Assembly: GCA_963790025.1 (NCBI GenBank)
Contig: CAWBMP010000003.1
Coordinates: 32,001-96,000 of the forward strand
Reading direction: 5' to 3'
Length of the DNA stretch: 64,000 bases
From: Nitrospirota bacterium
GTDB lineage: Bacteria > Nitrospirota > Thermodesulfovibrionia > Thermodesulfovibrionales > Dissulfurispiraceae
In this document: piece by piece, positions 19,107 to 29,566 of the stretch
Numbering within the stretch: the first letter of the stretch is position 1
Layout of the letters: the number at the start of each line of letters is the position of its first letter
Position numbers and translations under genes: made by a program
The notes under the pieces: model-generated
The model's database searches: none
Told to the model about the DNA's origin: nothing
The model's input: the letters and a program-made list of their open reading frames with translations, nothing else

Positions 19107-20228
19107 ATGTCAGTCTTGAAACAGAAAATTATCGAGAAGATCAAAGCGGAAGGTCCTATCAGTTTTGAGACCTTCATGTCCCTTGCCCTTTACGATCGCG
19201 AGTTTGGTTATTACGCCAGACCCTCTGCAACCATAGGCAGGGCAGGAGATTTTTACACGAGTCCGCACCTCCACAGGATTTTTGCTATGATGATCGGCAG
19301 GCAGATGGAGGAGATGTGGGGAATTATGGGAAGACCGGAAAGGTTCCACGTTGTGGAAATGGGCGCCGGTATGGGATATCTTGCAAAAGACATGATGGCC
19401 TATATCGTCACGAAAGAACTGTTTGAGCATATAGACTATACTATCATCGAGATTAATCCGGTTATCCGCGAAAGGCAGAAAACACTGTTGAGCGAATACG
19501 CCTCGAAAATACGTTGGGTGTCAGGTCTCGGCGATATCGGTACAATAGCAGGATGCTTTCTCTCAAATGAATTGCTCGATGCACTCCCGGCTCATCTCGT
19601 TGTGATGAGGGATGAACTGAAGGAGGTTTTTGTGTCCCTGCCGGACGTGCAGGACAGCGCACTTTCTGAAATCGAAATTGCCGCCAATAACGCTGTCGCG
19701 GCATATTTGCGGGAATTTGCCATAGACCTCCCCGCAGGATATAGGACTGAAATCAATTTAAAGATAAAGGATTTGCTTGGGGAAGTATCTAATAAGCTCG
19801 AAAAAGGATTTATCCTGACAATAGATTACGGCTATTCATCTGCTGAATACTACGACGGCGAAAGAAACGGCGGCACACTCCTTTGCTACTATAAGCACGA
19901 GGTCAATGAAGATCCTTATCAGCATATAGGAGAGCAGGACATTACAGCTCATATAAACTTTACTGCTGTCAAGAAGTGGGGAGAAGAATTGGGGCTGAGG
20001 ACTGACGGCTACTGTCCGCAGGGGACCTACCTGGTGTCCCTCGGCATCGATGAGGCGATTACGGAATTGTACGGCGACTCCCCCGATCTGTCAGAGACGG
20101 CCAAAATAAAAGGCCTGATTTTCCCGCAGGGAATGGGATATTCACATCAGGTAATGGTGCAGAGCAAAGGTATCGAGGCGGTGACCCTGCGCGGGTTTAC
20201 GCTGAGGAACCACGCGGGAAGACTTTAA
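19107..20228 (+). CDS. SAM-dependent methyltransferase, MidA/NDUFAF7 family
   Basis: GDFYTSP, VEMGAGMG, SNELLDALP, IDYG, QDITAHINF. Confidence 0.9.
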   Translation: MSVLKQKIIEKIKAEGPISFETFMSLALYDREFGYYARPSATIGRAGDFYTSPHLHRIFAMMIGRQMEEMWGIMGRPERFHVVEMGAGMGYLAKDMMAYIVTKELFEHIDYTIIEINPVIRERQKTLLSEYASKIRWVSGLGDIGTIAGCFLSNELLDALPAHLVVMRDELKEVFVSLPDVQDSALSEIEIAANNAVAAYLREFAIDLPAGYRTEINLKIKDLLGEVSNKLEKGFILTIDYGYSSAEYYDGERNGGTLLCYYKHEVNEDPYQHIGEQDITAHINFTAVKKWGEELGLRTDGYCPQGTYLVSLGIDEAITELYGDSPDLSETAKIKGLIFPQGMGYSHQVMVQSKGIEAVTLRGFTLRNHAGRL

Positions 20229-20983
20229 CCCAAAAGCTGTTTCAGACGGCCCATACTTTTCAACACCCGTTCAGGGGAATGCGCCTCTATAGTGTGAATC
20301 ACAGGCGTATGTTTCAGTATGCTGAACAAGGCCCTGAAGTCGAATGAGCCGTCCCCGATTGGAAGGTGCTGGTCCGCGCTCCTGTCGTTGTCGTGGAGGT
20401 GAAGTTCGGTAAAGTAAGGCCCCAGATTATCAAGCCATTCATTCAGGGGGACTTTTGAAAAGAGATTGCAGTGGCCGGTATCGAAGCATATGCCGAAATT
20501 GACTGAATCCATTTCTTTCATCAGCAGCCTGAGATTTGCAGGTTTATCCTCAAAGATGTTCTCGATTGCTATCTTGACGCCGATACTCTTTGCCTTCTCG
20601 TTAAGAGGCCCCCATGTTTCAAGGCTTTTCTCAAGCCAAAGGTCGATGGAAAGTCCATATTTCCATTTTTCATAACCCGAATGAAAGACGATACATTTCG
20701 GCTTCAAAACTTCTGCGATCTCAAGAATCTGGTTGAAGCGCGACATTGTCGCCTCACGCACTTTTTTATCTACCGCGCCGGGGCAGAGGTCCATAAAAGG
20801 GGCGTGCAGGGAAAGAGATGGTGTGTACTGCAGACCAGTGTTTAACGTGCTGAGTGACAGGGTATCTATTGTGTCCAGGGCAGCCGCATTAAAATACATC
20901 TCCATGTCGAGCTTGTGCTGGTTCAGAAACTCCAGATGTGCTGCGATTTTCTCGTAAGGCACATGGACATGCGGACCTGCCAT
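20225..20983 (-). CDS. Sugar phosphate isomerase/epimerase (AP endonuclease 2 TIM barrel)
   Basis: LHAPF, AIENIF, CFDTGH, HLHDN, HLPIGDG. Confidence 0.85.
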   Translation of the reverse strand: MAGPHVHVPYEKIAAHLEFLNQHKLDMEMYFNAAALDTIDTLSLSTLNTGLQYTPSLSLHAPFMDLCPGAVDKKVREATMSRFNQILEIAEVLKPKCIVFHSGYEKWKYGLSIDLWLEKSLETWGPLNEKAKSIGVKIAIENIFEDKPANLRLLMKEMDSVNFGICFDTGHCNLFSKVPLNEWLDNLGPYFTELHLHDNDRSADQHLPIGDGSFDFRALFSILKHTPVIHTIEAHSPERVLKSMGRLKQLLG

Positions 20984-20985
20984 TG

Positions 20986-21300
20986 TTATGATGCAGATAC
21001 AGTCTCTTTCTTGGCCTCGGGTTTTGCTTCTTTTGCGCTCTCGGCTTTGGGTTCGGTTTTTGTATCGGCAGTCTTTTGTTCATCCTTGCTTTCGGAGGCC
21101 TTTTTATCTTTCATAGTGTCTTTGCCGGCATAGTCGGTTTTATACCAGCCGGTCCCTTTCAGGACAAAAGAAGAGTTCGATACAAGTTTTTTTAACTGAC
21201 CGCCGCATTCAGGACACGTAGTAAGCGGAGCATCGCTGAACTTCTGCATAGCCTCCGTCGTTTTCTGGCAGACGAGGCATTGATATTCATATATAGGCAT
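20986..21300 (-). CDS. FmdB family zinc-ribbon protein
   Basis: [30 protein letters not shown]; start ATG 21300. Confidence 0.9.
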   Translation of the reverse strand: MPIYEYQCLVCQKTTEAMQKFSDAPLTTCPECGGQLKKLVSNSSFVLKGTGWYKTDYAGKDTMKDKKASESKDEQKTADTKTEPKAESAKEAKPEAKKETVSAS

Positions 21301-21376
21301 ATTTGTTTCTCCCGTACTGTGATGCTGTCTATTATAATAACGAACAATCATCTGCAACGTCAAGGAAGCAGGAGTG

Positions 21377-21572
21377 GACGCAAAAGGGTGCATAGCGCAG
21401 GGTGTCGCTCAGGGGAGAGCTTTCTGCGGCTCCACTCCCTCACTCCGTTGCATCCGCAAAACTCGGCCGCCGGGCTCAAACAGTTGCGGCTGCTGCCGCT
21501 GCGTCTCGCGAAGAGTCCGCTACGAAATCTCTCCAAATCGCTCTCACCCTGCGCTATGCACCCTTTTGTGTC
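21377..21572. mobile_element. 196-bp MITE-like element with 28-bp terminal inverted repeats
   Basis: GACGCAAAAGGGTGCATAGCGCAGGGTG (21377-21404) vs CACCCTGCGCTATGCACCCTTTTGTGTC (21545-21572), one mismatch; no transposase. Confidence 0.75.
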
Positions 21573-21651
21573 AATCAAAGTTATATATTATTGACTTTAT
21601 GGCCCAATTATTGTTTTAATATACATTCGAAATTATTTCGGGGGTGGGTTA

Positions 21652-21966
21652 ATGTACGCGATAGTCGAGGCAGTCGGAGAGCAGATGAGAATATCGGAGG
21701 GAGATACCGTCCGTGTCAATAAAATCAACGCCGATGACAATACGGAAATAGTGATTGACAAAGTTTTGATGATTGAGGACAACGGTAAAGCGATATGGGG
21801 TGACCCCTATGTAAAAGGGGCCAGCGTAAAGGCTGAAATCGTGGGATCGGGCAAGGGCGACAAGGTTGTAGTGTTGAAAACCACCCCGAAAAAGGCGCAC
21901 AATAAAATCAGGGGACACAGGCAGCAGTATACAACGGTTAAGATTAAAGAGATAACTTTAGGATAA
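21652..21966 (+). CDS. rplU: 50S ribosomal protein L21
   Basis: [20 protein letters not shown]. Confidence 0.95.
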   Translation: MYAIVEAVGEQMRISEGDTVRVNKINADDNTEIVIDKVLMIEDNGKAIWGDPYVKGASVKAEIVGSGKGDKVVVLKTTPKKAHNKIRGHRQQYTTVKIKEITLG

Positions 21967-21979
21967 GCGGAGGTCGGCC

Positions 21980-22273
21980 ATGGCGCATAAAAAAGGTGTT
22001 GGAAGCTCTAGGAACGGACGTGACAGCGAGGCGCAGAGACTCGGAGTAAAAAGGTTTGGCGGAGAGTTCGTGCGCGCCGGCAGCATTATTGTCAGGCAGC
22101 GCGGTACCAAGGTCCATAAAGGTATCAATGTCGGCATAGGTTCGGATGATACACTCTTTGCATTAATAGACGGAGTTGTGACGTTTGAGAGGAAAGATAA
22201 GACCAGGAAAAAGGTCAGCGTATATCCGGTACCGGAGGCCCCGCAGGTGGCTGAGACACCGGCCGGCACATAA
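21980..22273 (+). CDS. rpmA: 50S ribosomal protein L27
   Basis: [21 protein letters not shown]. Confidence 0.97.
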   Translation: MAHKKGVGSSRNGRDSEAQRLGVKRFGGEFVRAGSIIVRQRGTKVHKGINVGIGSDDTLFALIDGVVTFERKDKTRKKVSVYPVPEAPQVAETPAGT

Positions 22274-22300
22274 GAAAATAAGGCAACACAGAGGACAATT

Positions 22301-22330
22301 AAAGGCGGGTCCCGGGACCTGCCTTTTTTA
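22301..22330 (+). terminator. Intrinsic terminator between rpmA and obgE
   Basis: AAAGGCGGGTCC/GGACCTGCCTTT stem plus T-run. Confidence 0.7.
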
Positions 22331-22333
22331 TTT

Positions 22334-23368
22334 ATGAAATTCGTAGACTATGCAAAAATATATGTCAAAGCCGGTGATGGCGGCAGGGGATGTGTGAGCT
22401 TGCGGCGTGAAAAATTTGTGCCGCGGGGAGGCCCTGATGGAGGTGATGGCGGCAAGGGAGGGCATGTTATTTTCCGCGCCGTAAAAGAGTTGAATACCCT
22501 GCTGGATATGCGCTACCGGAGAGAATACAAGGCTGAACGGGGAGAGCACGGCATGGGCAGTAACAGGCACGGCAAGGATGGCCTTGACATGGTTATTCCC
22601 GTGCCGGTTGGGACATTGATCAAAGATGAAGGGAGCGGAGAGATGATCGCTGATCTGGACCATGATGGCGCTGAAGTCATTGCCGCTCATGCAGGCAGGG
22701 GAGGGCTGGGCAATGCCCACTTTGCAACAGCCAGGCGCCAGACACCCAGGTTTGCCCAACCGGGAGAACCCGGTGAAGAGAAATCGCTTGTTCTCGAATT
22801 AAAGCTGCTTGCCGATGTAGGCCTTATCGGCCTGCCCAACGCGGGGAAATCTACGCTCATATCCGTTATTTCGGCCGCGAGGCCTAAAATTGCGGATTAC
22901 CCTTTTACAACGCTTGTGCCCAATCTGGGAGTTGTAAAAATGGAGGAGACCGGCAGCTTTGTGGTGGCCGACATCCCCGGTATTATAGAGGGAGCGCATA
23001 ATGGAGCAGGACTCGGTTTTCAGTTCCTTCGTCACATTGAGCGTACGTCGGTTCTGCTCCATCTTGTTGATATTTCCGATACGGTGACAACCGACCCTGT
23101 CGAGGATTTTGAAAAGATAGCCAGGGAATTAGTATTATACAGTGCCGAGCTTCCTGGAAAGCCGTTGGCAGTGGCCGGTACAAAACTAGACGTAGTTCGT
23201 GAGGGGACCAGGCTGCGAAGATTAGAAGAATACTGCAAAGAGAAAAGCCTGGATTTTTTTCCTGTATCGGCCGTTACTGGAGAAGGAGTTCGGCAGTTAG
23301 TGCTCTATTTGGCGGCAAAGGTGGAAGAGAAAAGGTATGGCAAGGATAGTTATAAAGATAGGCAGTAA
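22334..23368 (+). CDS. obgE: GTPase ObgE/CgtA
   Basis: Gly-rich Obg fold, GLPNAGKST, YPFTT, DIPG. Confidence 0.97.
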   Translation: MKFVDYAKIYVKAGDGGRGCVSLRREKFVPRGGPDGGDGGKGGHVIFRAVKELNTLLDMRYRREYKAERGEHGMGSNRHGKDGLDMVIPVPVGTLIKDEGSGEMIADLDHDGAEVIAAHAGRGGLGNAHFATARRQTPRFAQPGEPGEEKSLVLELKLLADVGLIGLPNAGKSTLISVISAARPKIADYPFTTLVPNLGVVKMEETGSFVVADIPGIIEGAHNGAGLGFQFLRHIERTSVLLHLVDISDTVTTDPVEDFEKIARELVLYSAELPGKPLAVAGTKLDVVREGTRLRRLEEYCKEKSLDFFPVSAVTGEGVRQLVLYLAAKVEEKRYGKDSYKDRQ

Positions 23369-24437
23369 CATCCTGACTGATGCATCGGGTGGTCTGAACC
23401 ATAAAAGGATCCATGCTATTGCAGGCGATGTGTCCGAAGTTTATGACAGCGGGCATGAAGTGGTGATCGTCTCATCTGGCGCTGTCGCGGCAGGGATGAA
23501 AAAGCTGGGTCTCAAACAAAAGCCTAAAGAAATAAGGCTTAAGCAGGTTGCCGCGGCAGTCGGCCAGTCAACGCTCATGAGAGCTTATGAAAGAAGTTTT
23601 GAAATCTTAGACAAGAAAGTGGCGCAGGCGCTACTTACGAGAGAGGACTTTTCCGATCGGGTGCGTTATCTCAATTCAAAAAACACGTTGATAACTCTTC
23701 TTTCTTACGGCATTATTCCTGTTGTCAATGAAAACGACACCGTTGCCACGGATGAGATCAAGTTCGGGGACAATGACCAGCTTGCTGCGCTGGTGTCAGG
23801 CCTTATCGATGCCGAACGGCTTATCATTCTCTCTGATGTTGAGGGTCTATATAGTGCCGATCCCAAAAGTAACGCAGATGCTAAGCTTATCTGCTATGTC
23901 GATGCCGTTACCTCCGAGCTCATCTCTATTGCAGGCGGGACAGGGAGCGCTATCGGGACGGGGGGGATGTATTCAAAAATTCTCGCTGCAAAAAAGGCCC
24001 TGTCTCATGGGATTAAAGTCAATATTATCAGCGGCAGGAAAAAGGGGCTCATAGCATCCCTGGTATCCGGCGTCCACCAGGGGACTGAGTTCAGGCCCAG
24101 CGTGAAAAAAATCTCTTCCAGAAAATGCTGGATTGCCTATGCGTTGAAGCCTCGTGGGTCTATTACGATCGATGACGGCGCGGTCCGTGCTCTTCAGCAG
24201 AACGGCAAAAGTCTGCTGCCTTCCGGCATAGTGACTATTAACGGGACATTTGATACCGGTGATGCAGTGACCTGCATGGATACAAAGGGCAATCTTATCG
24301 CTAAAGGGATTGTCAATTATTCTGCAATTGATATTGAAAAAATCAGAGGGAAAAAGACCTCCGAGATAGAAAATATACTCGGCTACAAGTATTCGGATGA
24401 AATAATCCACAGAGACAATCTCGTGCTGATGTCATAA
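23337..24437 (+). CDS. proB: Glutamate 5-kinase with PUA domain
   Basis: KIGSN, VSSGAV, NENDTV, FGDND, GTGGM, IHRDNLV. Confidence 0.96.
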   Translation: MARIVIKIGSNILTDASGGLNHKRIHAIAGDVSEVYDSGHEVVIVSSGAVAAGMKKLGLKQKPKEIRLKQVAAAVGQSTLMRAYERSFEILDKKVAQALLTREDFSDRVRYLNSKNTLITLLSYGIIPVVNENDTVATDEIKFGDNDQLAALVSGLIDAERLIILSDVEGLYSADPKSNADAKLICYVDAVTSELISIAGGTGSAIGTGGMYSKILAAKKALSHGIKVNIISGRKKGLIASLVSGVHQGTEFRPSVKKISSRKCWIAYALKPRGSITIDDGAVRALQQNGKSLLPSGIVTINGTFDTGDAVTCMDTKGNLIAKGIVNYSAIDIEKIRGKKTSEIENILGYKYSDEIIHRDNLVLMS

Positions 24438-24489
24438 AAGATGCCGGCTTCAACGTTTGCCCGAGGATAGGCCCGGCGTTGAGTTCTCT

Positions 24490-24621
24490 CTAAAGTAGGC
24501 AGTCCAGCCCATCTGCAGCAGGGTCCTCCACATTAATATCTATCGTGCTGCATCCTCCGAGCCAAGCCAATACCATAATCGCCAGAAGTGAGAGTCCGGG
24601 AATCCTGCGTGCACTATTCAT
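24490..24621 (-). CDS. 43-aa lipoprotein-like ORF, possibly a truncated gene
   Basis: Hand translation MNSARRIPGLSLLAIMVLAWLGGCSTIDINVEDPAADGLDCLL; lipobox LGGC; starts 2 nt after the upstream lipoprotein stop. Confidence 0.45.
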   Translation of the reverse strand: MNSARRIPGLSLLAIMVLAWLGGCSTIDINVEDPAADGLDCLL

Positions 24622-24623
24622 AT

Positions 24624-25280
24624 TCAATCCACCTCAATTTGCTTTGCCACATTATATCCTAGTGAGCCCCGTGAGACAGATACGCCGTTGCGCTCACTAA
24701 AATAATAAACATTCACGTCTTCATAAATATTCAATGGGGCCACCCCTACGGATCCGTCCGGCATCTCCTTGAGTACGGAAACAAGGGCATCCGCAGCGGT
24801 TTGAATTTCAGTCGTTACATCATCAGATGTGGGAGGCCAGTGCGGCTTGCGGTAATATACCTCTCCCTTTGCAGTAACGAGAACGCTGTTGACTCTCGCA
24901 GTGATATAGAAGAACGCAGATGATTTCAGGTCAAATCCGTTTATTTTGGATTTCATATCAACAATTATGTTGGCATGGTCCTCCTGGTCCGTGAAAGCAA
25001 TGTTAGCACCAAATTTCCATGCAAGTGCCGCCTTGATAAATTCTGTATAATTGATTGAGCGATATTCTTGTTCTCCGTACCGCTCCTCATTCACTTTATA
25101 CGGCACAACATATGCCTTGTATTTAGCCGATACAGGATTGCCCGTCTGGTAAGGTTTCGGAGCAGCATTCAGATGATATACGTTATTGTCATTTTTGTGA
25201 GGGGGATAGTTCACAGATGAGCAGCCCGTCACAATAAGAACGGCAACCGCCGCTACCGCTGGCAGCCAGTGGTTATTCAT
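24624..25280 (-). CDS. Hypothetical lipoprotein
   Basis: Signal peptide with lipobox VTGC; SD AGGAGG; no recognised family. Confidence 0.7.
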   Translation of the reverse strand: MNNHWLPAVAAVAVLIVTGCSSVNYPPHKNDNNVYHLNAAPKPYQTGNPVSAKYKAYVVPYKVNEERYGEQEYRSINYTEFIKAALAWKFGANIAFTDQEDHANIIVDMKSKINGFDLKSSAFFYITARVNSVLVTAKGEVYYRKPHWPPTSDDVTTEIQTAADALVSVLKEMPDGSVGVAPLNIYEDVNVYYFSERNGVSVSRGSLGYNVAKQIEVD

Positions 25281-25825
25281 TAATTTGCCTCCTATCTTGA
25301 AAAACCCGGAAATTTTTTCTTAAAGTATATCACATTTCTCTTGCAATCATTCGTCAGTAAGACAATATATAAAGTTTGACGGATTTACCGAACTTCTCCG
25401 ATTTTGCGAACCATCCTGTCCATTGATTACAAGCGGATTTGAAGACCCATGTGGTATTCACTTCCTCCTTTCATGTTGGTCTGCATGTCCTCGGCAACAG
25501 AGTAGCTTATGTCACTGTTATTTCAGTTTTATTAGCTTGTTTTACAGAGATTTGCGGTTTGAGCATCCTTAATTAGCGTTATCGACCGGTTACGGCATAC
25601 GAGGGAATCTTCATGGATAGCAGCATATGAAAGTGTCAGGATAAAGTGTATGAAATGCTTATAAACGTAGTTTTGCCTATCTCCCCTACTTTTTTTTCCC
25701 GATAGCCCTCGAAAAAAAGCTGAAAAACTTATAGCTTCAAGGATGAAGCCCTTTTCAAATGATGTCATGCCCTTGGACAGGAGTCGTCTGGACGGCCGTT
25801 TATTTCGATGAGGAGAGGATCAGGG

Positions 25826-25945
25826 CTTGGCATTCCTGAAAACATCATCCCGCTGAATGTCATATCTATAGGGGTTTCAAGGGAGAAAGGAAACGCAATA
25901 GATAAATTCAAAGAGAGTAATATCCATTGGGAGCGGTGGTCGTGG
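25826..25945 (+). pseudogene. C-terminal remnant of a nitroreductase-family gene
   Basis: LGIPENIIPLNVISIG...DKFKESNIHWERW matches nitroreductase C-termini; no N-terminal part seen. Confidence 0.55.
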
Positions 25946-26037
25946 GTAAGGATAAAACAAACGGTCGCAAATCTCCTGAATGGTGTTTTATTAAAGTAGT
26001 AGCCTTGACTTAGTTTCACTTCCTTAAAAATGTTGTA

Positions 26038-28131
26038 TTAGCTCAGCTTCGAAAAATCCGCGATCTGGAATACAAGTTGTTGTATGGAATTAAGCAGTGC
26101 GAGACGGTTCTTCTTTATTTCCTCGTTATTATCCATAATCAGCACCTTGTCGAAAAAATTGTTTATAGGCCCTGTAAGTTCCTGCAGCAGTTTGATAGCG
26201 TCGTAGTAGCGGTTTTCCTGCACCAGAGATCTCAATTGTGCGTCCCTCGATTCTGTCTCCTGGAAAAGGGACTTCTCAGCTTCCTCAATGAACAAAGCTT
26301 TATCGGGGGCTGGAACATCGTTTTTTGGAGCTATATTGTTGACCCTTTTAAGCGCGAGAAGCAGCGTGTCGCAGTCGCCCTCGGTTTTGAATTTCGCGAG
26401 CGCTTCGAGACGTTCTTTCACTGCGAAGAGCGGTTCATCTTTGACGAAATGAAGCACAACTGATATGACATCCTGAGCGAATCCGTCAGTTTCAAAAAGC
26501 GCTTGGACCCTCTGTTCAAAAAACTTGACGAGATTATCCATTAGGGTCTCTCTCTTTTTACTGAGTTTGAACGGGTGCAGCGCCTTGTCCAGGAGCGATG
26601 AGACCGGCAACTCGCACCTGGCGGCAAGCAACATGGCGACGATACCGATTGTTTGTCTCCTGAGCGCAAAGGGGTCTTCCGAACCGGAAGGCGACAAGCC
26701 CAGCATGAAGAAGGACGCTACATTGTCGAGTTTGTCTGAAAGACTTAGTACAAGGCCCATTGGAGTTTCCGGAAGGCGGTCTCCGGAATGCACTGGAAGG
26801 TACTGTTCAGCAAGCGCACGAGCAATCTTCTTGTCATATCCTTCATGTAAGGCATAATAGCTGCCCATTGTACCCTGAAGTTCCGGAAATTCCCTTACCA
26901 CACCGGAAATGAGGTCTGTTTTTGAAAGCCGTGCAGAGGTGTTCATATCTCTCTTAATTTCTTTGAAACAGTGCATGGATATAAACTCGGCCAGCGAAGT
27001 AATACGCACCGTTTTATCATAAAGCGTCCCCAGTTTTTCGTGGTATACGACTTTCTTGAGGCCTTCGAGACGATCCTTAAGGGGTACTTTCAGGTCCTCT
27101 TCGTAATAAAAACGCGCATCTTCAAAACGGGCCTTTAGAACTCGTTCAGCGCCTTTCCTGACGTTTTCCGCATTGCCCTGTTGTGTATTGCTGACAACAA
27201 TGAAATGATTGATGAGTTTCCCTTCATAATCCTCAAGGGCAAAGTATTTCTGGTGCCCTTTCATGACAGTGGTAAGCAATTCCCTGGGAAGCGTAAGATA
27301 CGTGTCAGGGAAAGAGCCGATTACAGGGGTCGGATATTCAACAAGGAACACGACATGCTGCAAAAGCTCATCATCGTTTATGAGGGAGGCTTTGACGGAT
27401 GCGGCCAGCTTTTTCGAACCCTCCGTTATCATCTTCGTTCTCTCTTCAGTGTCGAGTATGACGAAGTTATTGCGAAGAAGGTTTATGTATGTCTTGCTGT
27501 CTTTTATCTCGAAGGGTGCGGGTGCAAGAAAGCGATGTCCCCGCGTCATGCCGATACTTTTCATCCCGTCTATTTCGAAAGACACCCGCTTGTTGTTGAA
27601 CAGGGCGAGTATCCAATGGACCGGACGGGCGAAACGGAAATCGCCGTCCCCCCACCGCATGGCTTTGGGGAAGTGGATGGACATGATAAGCCTCGGCAAC
27701 AGTTCCGGAAGGACCGCCTCGGTCGCTTTTGCCTGCTCTTTGATTACCGCTACAATATAGCTGCCTTTCCCTTTCTGCTTTTTTGAAATAGTATCCAACG
27801 ATATTTTATTTGCTTTTGCAAACGCCTCAGCCGCCTTGGTCGGTTTACCTTCACTGTCGAAAGCCACATTTACCGGAGGGCCCCATATCTCTTTTTCCAA
27901 AGCGACCTGTGTCGCGTCCAGCTCTGCAATAAGTGACAGTCTCCTCGGTGTCGCATACGTTCGTACCGATTTCATATCTATCGAGTATTCAGAGAAAAGT
28001 TTTTCAGCATTTGCCCCGAGCTTATCAATGGCATCAGGCAGGAAGCGGGCCGGTATTTCTTCCGTTCCTATTTCGAGTAAAAGCACGGGGTTGGCTTTCG
28101 CAGCGTTTTCAGGGACAGCTTTCGTTTTCAT
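26038..28131 (-). CDS. glyS: Glycyl-tRNA synthetase beta subunit
   Basis: [39 protein letters not shown]. Confidence 0.96.
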   Translation of the reverse strand: MKTKAVPENAAKANPVLLLEIGTEEIPARFLPDAIDKLGANAEKLFSEYSIDMKSVRTYATPRRLSLIAELDATQVALEKEIWGPPVNVAFDSEGKPTKAAEAFAKANKISLDTISKKQKGKGSYIVAVIKEQAKATEAVLPELLPRLIMSIHFPKAMRWGDGDFRFARPVHWILALFNNKRVSFEIDGMKSIGMTRGHRFLAPAPFEIKDSKTYINLLRNNFVILDTEERTKMITEGSKKLAASVKASLINDDELLQHVVFLVEYPTPVIGSFPDTYLTLPRELLTTVMKGHQKYFALEDYEGKLINHFIVVSNTQQGNAENVRKGAERVLKARFEDARFYYEEDLKVPLKDRLEGLKKVVYHEKLGTLYDKTVRITSLAEFISMHCFKEIKRDMNTSARLSKTDLISGVVREFPELQGTMGSYYALHEGYDKKIARALAEQYLPVHSGDRLPETPMGLVLSLSDKLDNVASFFMLGLSPSGSEDPFALRRQTIGIVAMLLAARCELPVSSLLDKALHPFKLSKKRETLMDNLVKFFEQRVQALFETDGFAQDVISVVLHFVKDEPLFAVKERLEALAKFKTEGDCDTLLLALKRVNNIAPKNDVPAPDKALFIEEAEKSLFQETESRDAQLRSLVQENRYYDAIKLLQELTGPINNFFDKVLIMDNNEEIKKNRLALLNSIQQLVFQIADFSKLS

Positions 28132-29003
28132 GTTCCTCTTTCACAAAGGGGGAAACCCTTTTCCTCACGCTGTTTCAGAAATGCTTCAGCGCAGATTTTC
28201 GCAAGGGCCCTCACCCGTGCGATATAGCCGGTCCGCTCCGTTACCGACAGGACCCCGCGAGCATCAAGGAGATTGAATGCATGGGAGCATTTCAGGCAAT
28301 ACTCATAAGACGGCAGTACAAGGCCAAGGGCATTCATCCTTTTAGATTCGTCTTCGTATGCATCGAACTGTTTGACAAGCAAATCCGTATTGGCGAAATC
28401 AAAATTGAATTTTGAAAACTCGATCTCTCCCTGCCTGTGAATCTCGCCGTATTTGATTCCTTTGCACCATTCTATATCATAGAGATTGTCGACGCCCTGA
28501 AGATACATCGCAATCCTTTCAAGGCCGTAGGTTATTTCAAGGGAAACAGGCTTGAGATCAATGCCGCCGACCTGCTGAAAGTAGGTAAACTGGGTGATTT
28601 CCATGCCGTCCAGCCATATTTCCCATCCGAGACCCCATGCGCCCAGCGTAGGCGATTCCCAGTCATCCTCGACAAAACGGATATCGTGTCTAATAGGGTC
28701 GACGCCTATATGTGCCATACTTGCAAGATACAGGTCCTGGCTTTCCATAGGAGAGGGCTTAAGGACCACCTGGTACTGATAATACTGCTGCAGTCTGTTA
28801 GGGTTCTCTCCGTAGCGTCCGTCAGTCGGACGCCTGCACGGCTCCACATACGCTGTTTTCCAGGGTTCAGGGCCCAACACCCTGAAGAATGTTGCAGTGT
28901 GAAATGTGCCCGCGCCGACTTCTGTATCATAAGGCTGTAATAGTACACAACCTTTTTTTGACCAGAAATCATTTAAAGAAGCAATTATGTCCTGAAAATA
29001 CAT
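28128..29003 (-). CDS. glyQ: Glycyl-tRNA synthetase alpha subunit
   Basis: [26 protein letters not shown]; start ATG 29003. Confidence 0.96.
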   Translation of the reverse strand: MYFQDIIASLNDFWSKKGCVLLQPYDTEVGAGTFHTATFFRVLGPEPWKTAYVEPCRRPTDGRYGENPNRLQQYYQYQVVLKPSPMESQDLYLASMAHIGVDPIRHDIRFVEDDWESPTLGAWGLGWEIWLDGMEITQFTYFQQVGGIDLKPVSLEITYGLERIAMYLQGVDNLYDIEWCKGIKYGEIHRQGEIEFSKFNFDFANTDLLVKQFDAYEDESKRMNALGLVLPSYEYCLKCSHAFNLLDARGVLSVTERTGYIARVRALAKICAEAFLKQREEKGFPLCERGT

Positions 29004-29107
29004 TGGCCTCTCACTATATAGAATAATGTGAATTACCATCTTATAAAAAAGGTAACCCCTTTGTCAAACAAACAGAGTGAGGTTGGAGGCCTCCAACCAT
29101 CATATAA

Positions 29108-29158
29108 TTGACTCACAGGACTGTGAAGGTTTAATATAAACGAAATTGAATTTTATTT
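29108..29158 (+). promoter_or_regulatory. Sigma70-like promoter with an adjacent Fur-family-like operator
   Basis: TTGACT (29108), TAATAT (29132), then imperfect 10-1-10 palindrome AAACGAAATT-G-AATTTTATTT (29138-29158). Confidence 0.5.
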
Positions 29159-29180
29159 ACTAAAGGAGTGCCGGGACCTG

Positions 29181-29465
29181 ATGTTGAGTGATAACGGAAC
29201 GAGGAGAAAATTAGCGCTGTGTTTGGTTCTATTTCTCCTTTTAGCCGGTATTTTTATAATAGCCTTCCATCACCACGATGATGATTGTGACCATGACGAT
29301 TGTCCCGTCTGCATAGCCGCACACCAGGTATCATCGGTAGTTTTCAATTTCTTTCCTTTTGCGGTATTTTTCACTATTTTTGCCCTGATAACACCCGAAA
29401 AGGCATTATTATTTACTTCGATACGTCAATCTTTACTTAATAGTCGCGCTCCCCCTTCTTTTTAG
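29181..29465 (+). CDS. DUF2946/CruR-like upstream ORF (CxxC plus C-terminal RAPP)
   Basis: Hydrophobic N-terminus, FHHHDDDCDHDDCPVC, ends NSRAPPSF; precedes a metal-uptake operon. Confidence 0.75.
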   Translation: MLSDNGTRRKLALCLVLFLLLAGIFIIAFHHHDDDCDHDDCPVCIAAHQVSSVVFNFFPFAVFFTIFALITPEKALLFTSIRQSLLNSRAPPSF

Positions 29466-29566
29466 CTACCCCCAAAACAACATTAAATTCAGTTGCCACG
29501 CGTCATGTGAGTTCTGTCTTGCGCGTGTATATTGGTCGGTAGGACAGATAAGGAGGATGTGCCATC

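Noticed and set aside
18895..19119. 74-aa ORF after nadA, and ORFs at 21280-21722
   Set aside because: They lie within fold-back repeat elements and show no protein-like features
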